Shown: piece by piece, positions 12,901 through 23,127 of the stretch
Layout: each line of letters starts with the position of its first letter
Numbering within the stretch: the stretch's first letter is position 1
Source of the DNA: Eledone cirrhosa
Taxonomy: Eukaryota
NCBI GenBank assembly: GCA_964016885.1
Contig: OZ024741.1
Coordinates: 352,904,001 to 352,968,000, forward strand
Reading direction: 5' to 3'
DNA length: 64,000 nt
The notes under the pieces: generated by a model
Told to the model about the DNA's origin: nothing
The model's database searches: none
What the model saw: the letters and a program-made list of their open reading frames with translations, nothing else
Made by a program: the position numbers and the translations under genes

Positions 12901-13657
12901 CAGATTCTACACTTGAGGGCTGGAGATAGGGAAAAAACCAACCGGTTCCCCAGGCTCCCGGTCAGTTTAGCCATAAAACAAGATAAAAAGATTTCACAAA
13001 GACGTTTTAGAGACATGTAAATAAACAACTAACCCAGGATTTCCGTTCAACGAAAAACAAATTATGCTAACCTCATAGAACGAAATCATCTTCTTATGAA
13101 TACGTATTATACTGGAATATCTCACCAGGATTCTTTACTGCATATGTTTGACTAATAACCTGTCTATAAATCACTGTTTACTGAAAAGTAATTGAAATCA
13201 CTTTTATCACCCAAAAAACAAAAACAAAAAAAAACGTCTAACTCCATTCGATGAGCTGATGAAAAGTATTATTTTTTTAAATTTTTATACAGTCTTACTA
13301 AGAAGTGCGCATGTGTGTATGTGTGTGTGTGTATGTATGTGAGTGTCTATGTGTATGTATGTATGTGTATCTGAATGTGTGTATGTAATTTAGTTATTGT
13401 AATTTTGTTTAACTGTCTTTTATACATCATTCCCAGTCGCTATTTTTAGTAAAACTCCTCACACACTCGTTACGCTAGTGATACTATCTTTTGTGTGGAA
13501 ATCACAATAATCCACCCAGGGGCAGCCGACGAGGAAGCTCGAAGTTTGATGTCAGTTTTGTTCTATTTCTTTCCTCTGTGCTCTCTCCCTCTCTCCACCA
13601 TACACACACACACACACACACAGACACACACATACACACGCACACACACACAGAGAT

Positions 13658-13696
<39 letters not shown>

Positions 13697-13702
13697 AATA
13701 TG

Positions 13703-13738
<36 letters not shown>

Positions 13739-13740
13739 TG

Positions 13741-13823
<83 letters not shown>

Positions 13824-14041
13824 AATTAAGTTAAAGTGTACATCTACATATGTATACGGAAGTATTAGTATGCATATAAATACACACATGTATACATATG
13901 TACATGTACTCAGCTTTTCACTAGACACTTTACAGTGAGTGTCAGCTAGTCTGTATGTAACCACACAGACGGACCGGGTTTTAGAGTCATACGGGTTTTC
14001 AAGGAAACACATTTCCTCTATTCTCCAGAGGGCCAGACAGG

Positions 14042-14086
14042 AATATTGGACTAGTTTCGATGTTATTACATCTCATCAGCAATATT
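14042..14086 (-). ncRNA. Minimal type I hammerhead ribozyme (469-bp unit 1)
   Basis: aatattg-CTGATGA-gatgt aata acatc-GAAA-ctag-TC-caatatt on the minus strand. Confidence 0.9.
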
Positions 14087-14510
14087 TACCCATCTTCCGG
14101 CTTCTCTGGAGAATTGTAAAAGCACATATCGTTATATGCTTTTTCTATGAAAATTAGTAGTGGGTAGACTAATTTGCATAGAACGTGAGTCATTGTACGC
14201 ACCGGTTCAGCGGAAACGATAAAAACAAATAACGAAACGAAATTAAATTTCGTTTCGCTTCTAACTCACTTTTGTATGACTGACCCTTAAACAATTAAGT
14301 TAAAGTGTACATCTACATATGTATACGGAAGTATTAGTATGCATATAAATACACACATGTATACATATGTACATGTACTCAGCTTTTCACTAGACACTTT
14401 ACAGTGAGTGTCAGCTAGTCTGTATGTAACCACACAGACGGACCGGGTTTTAGAGTCATACGGGTTTTCAAGGAAACACATTTCCTCTATTCTCCAGAGG
14501 GCCAGACAGG

Positions 14511-14555
14511 AATATTGGACTAGTTTCGATGTTATTACATCTCATCAGCAATATT
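14511..14555 (-). ncRNA. Minimal type I hammerhead ribozyme (unit 2)
   Basis: Identical to 14042-14086, offset 469 bp. Confidence 0.9.
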
Positions 14556-14960
14556 TACCCATCTTCCGGCTTCTCTGGAGAATTGTAAAAGCACATATCG
14601 TTATATGCTTTTTCTATGAAAATTAGTAGTGGGTAGACTAATTTGCATAGAACGTGAGTCATTGTACGCACCGGTTCAGCGGAAACGATAAAAACAAATA
14701 ACGAAACGAAATTAAATTTCGTTTCGCTTCTAACTCACTTTTGTATGACTGACGCTTAAACAATTAAGTTAAAGTGTACATCTACATATGTATACGGAAT
14801 TTAATTTCGTTTCGTTATTTGTTTTTATCGTTTCCGCTGAACCGGTGCGTACAATGACTCACGTTCTATGCAAATTAGTCTACCCACTACTAATTTTCAT
14901 AGAAAAAGCATATAACGATATGTGCTTTTACAATTCTCCAGAGAAGCCGGAAGATGGGTA

Positions 14961-15005
14961 AATATTGCTGATGAGATGTAATAACATCGAAACTAGTCCA
15001 ATATA
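14961..15005 (+). ncRNA. Minimal type I hammerhead ribozyme (unit 3)
   Basis: aatattgCTGATGAgatgtaataacatcGAAActagTCcaatata; one distal stem I mismatch. Confidence 0.9.
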
Positions 15006-15429
15006 CCTGTCTGGCCCTCTGAAGAATAGAGGAAATGTGTTTCCTTGAAAACCCGTATGACTCTAAAACTCGGTCCGTCTGTGTGGTTACATACAGACTA
15101 GCTGACACTCACTGTAAAGTGTCTAGTGAAAAGCTGAGTACATGTACATATGTATACATGTGTGTATTTATATGCATACTAATACTTCCGTATACATATG
15201 TAGATGTACACTTTAACTTAATTGTTTAAGCGTCAGTCATACAAAAGTGAGTTAGAAGCGAAACGAAATTTAATTTCGTTTCGTTATTTGTTTTTATCGT
15301 TTCCGCTGAACCGGTGCGTACAATGACTCACGTTCTATGCAAATTAGTCTACCCACTACTAATTTTCATAGAAAAAGCATATAACGATATGTGCTTTTAC
15401 AATTCTCCAGAGAAGCCGGAAGATGGGTA

Positions 15430-15474
15430 AATATTGCTGATGAGATGTAATAACATCGAAACTAGTCCAATATT
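15430..15474 (+). ncRNA. Minimal type I hammerhead ribozyme (unit 4)
   Basis: aatattgCTGATGAgatgtaataacatcGAAActagTCcaatatt. Confidence 0.9.
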
Positions 15475-15759
15475 CCTGTCTGGCCCTCTGGAGAATAGAG
15501 GAAATGTGTTTCCTTGAAAACCCGTATGACTCTAAAACCCGGTCCGTCTGTGTGGTTACATACAGACTAGCTGACACTCACTGTAAAGTGTCTATTGAAA
15601 AGCTGAGTACATGTACATATGTATACATGTGTGTATTTATATGCATACTAATACTTCCATATACATATGTAGATGTACACTTTAACTTAATTGTTTAAGC
15701 GTCAGTCATACAAAAGTGAGTTAGAAGCGAAACGAAATTTAATTTCGTTTCGTTATTTG

Positions 15760-15858
<99 letters not shown>

Positions 15859-15904
15859 CGTAAAATAAGAAAATTATAAAATTAACTTACTTACTAAAAT
15901 ATCA

Positions 15905-15982
15905 CTTCCAACTAATTAGTTTCTGGAATGGAGTAAATATATTTTCCGAAGAAGACAGAGAAACATTCCGTCGCCAGGGAAG
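15905..15982 (-). ncRNA. Type I hammerhead, core CTGGCGA (one substitution)
   Basis: cttcc-CTGGCGA-cggaatg..cattcca-GAAA-ctaattag-TT-ggaag. Confidence 0.7.
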
Positions 15983-16425
15983 ACTATTCTCATCTAAGTT
16001 TCCAGGCAAAGCGTGGACTCTGGAAACTTATTAAAAAAATAATTCAGTGGATAGGAAATAGCAAAGCGTGGACTGAATTCCTAGCCATTGAGAAAATCAC
16101 TGCCTCTGCGTCTGTGGCAAATTCAAAAAGAATCAATCACGTGACATCGAGGTCAATCAGTGGAAAGTGGTTTGCTAATAAGACAGCGGCCTGCCTGCTA
16201 CCATAGCAGCAGTCATGGCCAGTATTGCTCGACAAATAATTTGGAGATAATTATAAAGAATTAATATCTAGTAACATATATATACATACAGATGCATATC
16301 AATGCTAGCAAATATATAGGTTTTGTCTTAGTAACTTTGTGGTTCAATGCATGGGGTTGCAGAACAATAATATGAGAGACGTAAAATAAGAAAATTATAA
16401 AATTAACTTACTTACTAAAATATCA

Positions 16426-16505
16426 CTTCCAACTAATTAGTTTCTGGAATGGAGTAAATATATTTTCCGAAGAAGACATGGAGAAACATTCCGTCGTCAC
16501 GGAAG
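16426..16505 (-). ncRNA. Type I hammerhead, core GTGACGA (one substitution)
   Basis: cttcc-GTGACGA-cggaatg..cattcca-GAAA-ctaattag-TT-ggaag. Confidence 0.7.
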
Positions 16506-16549
16506 ACTATTCTCATCTAAGTATCCAGGCAAAGCGTGGACTCTGGAAA

Positions 16550-16595
<46 letters not shown>

Positions 16596-16756
16596 TAATT
16601 AGTACATCTACCAACATATGTGTACAGATGTACACCCATGCTAGCAAATATATATGTTATGTCTTAGTACCTTTGTGGTTCTATGCAGGGGGATGCAGAA
16701 CAATTATATGAAAGACGTAAAATAAGAAAATTTTAAAAATTTAAAATCAACTTACT

Positions 16757-16843
<87 letters not shown>

Positions 16844-16937
16844 TATATATACATAACATATATATATATATACATATATACATAACATATATATATATAC
16901 ATATATACATAACATATATATATATATATATATATAC

Positions 16938-16996
<59 letters not shown>

Positions 16997-17004
<8 letters not shown>

Positions 17005-17520
17005 TACGAACTCTGCTAAGAGTATTGCAATCGCTTGTCGTGTCAGATTACAGAAACTGGTGTACTTTTAGGCTACAGCCAAGCCACACGAACCTGTAAC
17101 AGATTCTGAACAAGCAATGCCAGTGCTTTGAAGGTTTTTCAAGCGGGGAAAGGCCTTGCACTCGACTAGTCCTACTCTCTGAGCATCAAAAACACTACCC
17201 GAAAAGGAGAACTGGTCAACATCATCGGATGCTTCCGAAGCCGGAGGTTATTTTTCAGAATTTCCGTCTCCTAGAAAGTTGTGACAACAACTGAGGGCCT
17301 TTCACTCCCAGTTGAAAAGAAAAGTACTATTTGGATGGCCATTGACTCTGCCTAGTTCCTCCGCCCTTTGCCGCGTCTTGTATTTCACCCCGCAGGGTGT
17401 CCAAATATCACCCTCCTCACCAAGTAAGCTTGGTGGGGATGCTAGTTTAGTCGCCGGCGACCCAACGATGAGGCAAGTTGTACTGGGTTACATGTTACCA
17501 GTAGTACTCGAGAGTGACCT

Positions 17521-17523
<3 letters not shown>
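16997..17523 (-). mobile_element. RTE-derived non-autonomous retroposon, subfamily 2
   Basis: Reverse complement matches 50970-51480 and shares the 5' leader of 27767-28377. Confidence 0.85.
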
Positions 17524-17582
<59 letters not shown>

Positions 17583-17789
17583 AAGGAAGGAAAATCCTGA
17601 GCGCGACGCCAAGCAGTTTCAGCTTGTATTCAGCAAGCTTTTCAAAGGTGTACGTCACGGTCGGGTTTTCTCGTTCCTTCGGAAAATAATTGCCGAATGA
17701 ACTTTAGTCTTAGCAGAAAGTAGTACATTGACAAAATACGGAATTTTAACGAATGGAATAGTGACAATTCTCAATAAAAGTAAAGTGTC

Positions 17790-18053
17790 GGATCTCCGTC
17801 GGTTTCAACGATGAATGTTCCATAACAACGGAACTGCTTGTTCGTGAAATTAACGTGAAAGTAACGTGAAAGTAACGTGAAATTAACAGCTGAGGTAAAT
17901 TCAGTATGACATAGTGTGGACAGAGCTAGCTATTTGATTTACACGCACAACTCGTTTTTGCCAGCTCGGTGGACTGGAACAACGTTGGAAATAGAAGAAA
18001 CGATATCACAGTCACGAGCCCAAAACCGTTACACCTAACCCACGCGCCTTCAC
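17790..18053 (-). mobile_element. Diverged SINE (second family; related piece about 20955-21050)
   Basis: aacggaactgcttgttcgtgaaattaacgtg recurs as aacggagcagcttgcttatgaaattagcgtg near 20960. Confidence 0.55.
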
Positions 18054-18449
18054 CATGCTAAAGATCGAATAGACAGAGATATAATATGCTATGTTTGAAA
18101 AATTATACAGAGTTTAACATTGTAAATTGTACCTTAACTGAAACATTTCTATTTTAATCCTCCAATGCAATGAATGTGTAACACGCATGTTATGCTTATA
18201 TAATGTGTTGTAATTATAGTAAAATCACTACAGTCATGTATGCGTTTGCTCTCCCACAAACATATATATTTGAAAAAGCAATTCAAATCTTAATTGAATA
18301 TACTAGGCGATAGTTTAGAGAATTTTGGAATACTTCTTTTTTTTTTCTACGCCATTCAATGTACAGTATTTTTTTACACTTGCTTCGCAATTCTTTCACC
18401 AATACTTCTGTAAATACAGTGAAATATATGATTCACTAATAATACCATA

Positions 18450-18615
18450 ATTGTTTCTCTTTTAGGCACAAGGCCAGCAATTACCCAGTACATTACTGGT
18501 ACTTTATTTTATCGACCCCGTAAGGATGAAAGGCAAAGTTAACCTTGGCGGGATTTGAACTCAGATCATCAAAGCATGGTGTCCGATTTTCTACCGATAC
18601 TACCAATCCATCGCC
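18450..18615 (-). mobile_element. tRNA-derived SINE
   Basis: Family core ttttatcgaccccgtaaggatgaaaggcaaagttaaccttggcgggatttgaactc. Confidence 0.85.
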
Positions 18616-18699
18616 CTAACCAATCCACCACCCTAATAATACCGTAATATGACCGAAACATGCCTTGGGTTGTTTCCGGTTTAACGTCAAATATGAAGG

Positions 18700-19150
18700 T
18701 ATGTTGATAGCTGTACAAAAGGGAAGTATTTCGAAGATAAGCAACCAAAAACAGATAATGAAGCGCATAAGCCATAAATAACTGCAAAAATATGTGGTGA
18801 TTGTGTAGTAACAATCAATAATATTGATTCTAGTGGGCCAGTCCTATCCAAAACTGAATATGTAAGCTGTCATAACACAGATAAATGTTTAGAGTAAAGA
18901 ATCTACAGAAAATCATGGTACCAAAAACCAACAGCAAAAATGACATTTTCAGCAACTGTCATGGCAGTCATGGAATGTTGCGTGTCAGTTCACACTGATA
19001 ATGTATTAAACGCAATCTGATCGAATATTATTCAAAATAACCCTCCAGATAAAATAAACCTTTCAGCAAATATGTAAATTGGTTCGGGTAACATAATATA
19101 CCTCTCAAACTATTTCAGAAATTATCAAATATTTGAGGAAATCTGGAAGT
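18700..19150 (+). mobile_element. Possible very old Penelope-like RT relic
   Basis: One stop-interrupted frame contains IYRKSWYQKPT, resembling the post-RT W/Y-x-KPT motif of PLEs; little other support. Confidence 0.3.
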
Positions 19151-19511
19151 AGTGATATTCAGAAAGAGAGAATTTGAAACACAGTCAATACTAGAATTAA
19201 AAGATATAGTGATTATTATTAAAAAATAAATCCTGCAAAAATAACACTGCTGTGCAATATTAAAGGCACGCCAAGATGATGAGTTGATGTAGTGGTGATA
19301 TTTAATATAGATTTATTGCAAAAAAGATTTAAGTGGTTTTTTGTGGTTAGCAAAACAGAAAAGGAAGGGAAAGGTAAGGGCTCTAGTGTCACAGAAGGAT
19401 GGGGAGAGAGAAGAAGGGGATGATGGGCTCTAGACCTAGGGCGTGGTGGTATTGGAGCTGCGCCCCGCGGACAAAACCGCAAAAGAATTCCCGCGGTGAT
19501 ATTTTATATTA

Positions 19512-19700
19512 ATAATTGTTTCTATTTTTGGCACAAGGTCAGCAATTACCTCAGTGTATTACTGGTACTTTATTTTACCTACCCCGCAAGGATGAAAGGC
19601 AAAGTTAACCTCGGCAGGATTTGAAATCAGATCGTAAAAGGCCATAACTCTATACTACCAAGCATGGCGTCCGACCCTCTACCGATACTGCCAATCCACA
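19512..19700 (-). mobile_element. tRNA-derived SINE
   Basis: Family core and ccgatactgccaatccac head. Confidence 0.85.
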
Positions 19701-20213
19701 CTTTTAAAAATGAATGACTGAACGAATGTCAAACCTGGGTAAAACCATATCTTCTTTCTACAAGTAAATATTAATAATAATCGAAGATTGCTGTAAAGTT
19801 TAGGTTTGATATTTTAGAAACATTGCAGAGAAACATTACCCACGAAGAACACCAAAAACATATTGAAATACTGACCGCTCCCTGGCTTAGAACGGTGGTA
19901 ACAGGTCCCGCAGTTTGAAAGGTGACAGGTTTTGTGTCGTTCTCTTGGTTTCAAATTATTGTTCTTATGCCAAGAAGAATTTTCAGTCCCCTTTGCTTTC
20001 CTTCCCCCTTTCCTTCGTTTCCCCAATAACTTATCCAGTTATTGACTCCCTGGGGTGAAGTGGTTTCTTGTCTTTAAAGCATAGAAATATTCTAGACCCC
20101 CAGTAGACAACTGATGAGGGACCCCCACCCTCAGTTCTTGCTTTCTTCGTATTCCCACTGCATTTTAAGTTACCTTAAATAGCAACTACACAGTCATTTT
20201 AATTCTCTCTCTC

Positions 20214-20279
<66 letters not shown>

Positions 20280-20288
<9 letters not shown>

Positions 20289-20480
20289 AATGACTTCTAC
20301 AGGACTAGAACTGTTTCATTCGGAAGAAATCATCAGGGAAGCCGACTGTCAGCTTTCCTGTTGATTTCCTTCGAATGAAGCAGTTCTAGACCTGTAGAAG
20401 CCATTTCTATATTAAATATTTATACTCTCTATGTATTGAGTACCTTACTTACTGTGGTTACCCCTGATTGAACCCGGAAA
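20280..20480. repeat. Palindromic element of two divergent hammerheads (same family as 56692-56896)
   Basis: Arms 20280-20341 / 20353-20414; minus arm CTGATGA-tttcttccgaat-GAAA-cag..ctg-TA-gaag; plus arm has CTGTTGA and GAAG. Confidence 0.8.
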
Positions 20481-20609
20481 AACACACACACACACACCCA
20501 CACACACACAACATGCGCGCGCGCATTTTACGTGAACAAATTGGCGATATTAATAGGTAAAATTTGCCACTGAAATCCATCTTAAAGTCATTATTTCGAT
20601 TGGAATTAT

Positions 20610-20862
20610 TATGGCCCTTTACGTTCTGAGTTCAAATGTGGTGCAGTTTTCTTCGGATGTACTGAACCTTTTGCTTCCCCCTGAGTAGAGCGCTTACAGC
20701 TGAGTACCATGGAGAGGTACTAAGCATCTTCTTCTGAGGACAAACCAATACCAGAAAGCAACACTTACCTGTGTTAGCTTTGCCTTTCATCCTTACGGAG
20801 TCGATACGATAAAGCACCAGTAATACACTGGGATAATTGTGCCAAAAGTAGAAACAATTATT
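20610..20862 (+). mobile_element. tRNA-derived SINE split by a ~135-bp foreign insert after the B box
   Basis: ctttacgttctgagttcaaat | insert | gttagctttgcctttcatccttacggagtcgata. Confidence 0.7.
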
Positions 20863-21071
20863 TAGATTGGAATATTTACTTGAGCCCAGCTAACTGGTCG
20901 ACTGTCTGCTATATACAGACCAATTATGTTTTTGCGATTAGCGTACCAGTTGTCCCGTTAACGGAGCAGCTTGCTTATGAAATTAGCGTGTAAGTGGCTG
21001 AACATTCTATAAACATGCTTATCCATAATATAATTCTCAGGGAGACTCAGTTTGGCAGGCACACTCCACCC

Positions 21072-21232
21072 GACGGGCTTCCAAACATTTTCCGTCTATC
21101 CATTCTCATTCAGTATCCATGGGTCGACCCGAAATTTATGGTAAATGACACTTGCCCAAGATTCTATGCAGTGTCATTGAACTCAAGACCTAATGATTGC
21201 CAAGCGAACTCCTTCACCATTCGGCTATGCAG
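21072..21232 (-). mobile_element. Diverged SINE (third family; plus-strand relative 50833-50945)
   Basis: gacacttgcccaag...gcagtg..attgaactcaag mirrors cctgagttcagtcccactgtgcggcaacttggtcaag. Confidence 0.55.
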
Positions 21233-21354
21233 CTGCTATCAGTCAGAATCAGAGAAATTCACCATCATGGAAACTTAAACGTTTGATACAGATATCACTT
21301 GTCATTTCATCTAGCGTTCTAACAATTGCACAAATACCCACCTCGAACTTATAC

Positions 21355-21492
21355 TTTCCTCGTATTTTATCGACCCAGAAAGAATGAAAGGCAAAACTGA
21401 CCTTAACGGTATTAGAACTCAGAACGGAAACAGCCGGAACAAATACTGCAAAAACTTTTGTTCAAATTTTTAACGATTCTGGAAATTCGCTG
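21355..21492 (-). mobile_element. tRNA-derived SINE, diverged
   Basis: tattttatcgacccagaaagaatgaaaggcaaa...agaactcagaacg. Confidence 0.7.
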
Positions 21493-21722
21493 ATTTCATC
21501 TATCCATCCATCCATTCATCCAACCCATACATACATGTATACATACACAAACACATACATGCATACATACATATATAATACATACATAACATATACATAC
21601 AAACATATACATGCATCTACATACATACGTATATGTATATAGAAACTTGCGCACTTACATGCATACATACATGCTTACATATAAAGATACATATATAAAC
21701 AAATACATACATATATATACGG

Positions 21723-21773
<51 letters not shown>

Positions 21774-22084
21774 CATGCTCACATAGATATAGAAAAAATG
21801 CCTCTCCAAATAATTCAATAAAACGGTAATTTTACCGTAAAAATAGATAGGAAAATTCATAAATGAAATAGAATAAAACTGAAATAGCATTTCCACAAAT
21901 AAAAAGATATATCTATGGTTTATAATCTCTCACATATGCATATATGAACACACACGCACAACCCCCCCCCCCGACACATATTCATACGTGCGCGTGTGTG
22001 TAGAGGGAGAGAGATGTTTATAAACACACACACACACACATATATATAATTATAATATATATACTCAGACATACATACATACAT

Positions 22085-22210
22085 AGGAACCGACTCTCAT
22101 AGAAACCGGCTCTCTCTCTATTGGCAAACATTTGTGAAATTATAAAACCAGAAGAACATACATACATACACACATACATACATACATACATACATACATA
22201 CATACATACA

Positions 22211-22244
<34 letters not shown>

Positions 22245-22292
22245 GTCTCTCTCTATTGGCAACATTTTGTGAAATTATAAAACCAAAATAAC
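22085..22292 (+). mobile_element. Two extreme 3'-end stubs related to the R4-like LINE at 23128-27255, each followed by (CATA)n
   Basis: agaaaccggctctctctct...aaattataaaaccagaagaacata matches the reverse complement of 23128-23182. Confidence 0.7.
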
Positions 22293-23127
22293 ATACATAC
22301 ATACATAAATAGATAGGTAGATAGAGAAGAGCTGCTTTTTATGTGTATGTGCGCTTGAGAGAGAACGGGTGTTTGTGAGCGAGATCCTATTACAAGATTT
22401 TTGTTTTTTAAATTTATTTCATATATGAGTGAGTGTTTGTATGCGAGTAATGGAAGTACGTGTAACTCTGGGAGTGTATGTGTCCGAGTATATGCGTGTG
22501 TTTAGTTTTATGGTTGTCTGGTTATATGTTTGTATGCGTAAGTACGAATATTTTTACCCCTTTCATCCGAATTTCAAAACTATTTCTATTGCGGTGTTTG
22601 AGATTAATCCGCCCAGATTGTTGACGTAATTTAATAAGTCAAATATTCGTATGTGATGTAAGAGAGAAAGCTTCAAGAACAACAACTAACACACAAACCA
22701 AAACTAACAACGAACAACGAACAACAATATACAACAAAAACCATCAATAGCAAATAACAACAACTATAACATTATACTAAACTTAAATAACGGGAAAATA
22801 ATTATCTGATGATAGAATATATGAATATATGGCTGTATGTTATATTTAGTAGTGATTTCTATTGTATGTATGTATGTATGTATGTATGTATGTATGTATG
22901 TATGTATGTATGTATGTATGTATGTATGTATGTATGTATGTATGTATGTATGTATGTACGTGTGTGTGTGTATATGTATGTGTGTATGTATGTGTGTATG
23001 TATGTGTGTATGTATGTGTGTATGCATGTATGTATATATATATGTATATGTGTACATATGCATGTATTTATGTATGTGTATATGATTGTATGTATGTATG
23101 TGTGTATGTGTGTATGTGTGTATATAT

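Larger units (their letters stand above)
13820..15764. repeat. 469-bp non-coding monomer: two tandem copies plus partial, then two inverted copies plus partial (about 1.9-kb palindrome), inside (TA)n
   Basis: Units start 13820, 14289, 14758 (partial); inversion at 14798; mirror symmetry (position sum 29516); only a handful of substitutions between copies. Confidence 0.95.
15851..16760 (-). repeat. 521-bp tandem monomer (one full, one internally replaced, one partial) carrying hammerhead motifs
   Basis: atgagagacgtaaaataagaaaatt starts at 15851 and 16372, variant at 16708; flanked by (TA)n. Confidence 0.85.

Noticed and set aside
13939-15698. Repeated 72-aa and 64-aa ORFs in the 469-bp units
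   Set aside because: No recognisable domain; repetition merely reflects the DNA repeat.
13820-15764. CRISPR-like or classical satellite interpretation
   Set aside because: No short repeat/unique spacer pattern, eukaryotic context and low copy number.
17605-17655. Minus-strand TTGAAAA-gcttg..caagct-GAAA motif, and CCGATGA motifs at ~6940 and ~45504
   Set aside because: Stems I/III or core too degraded to call.
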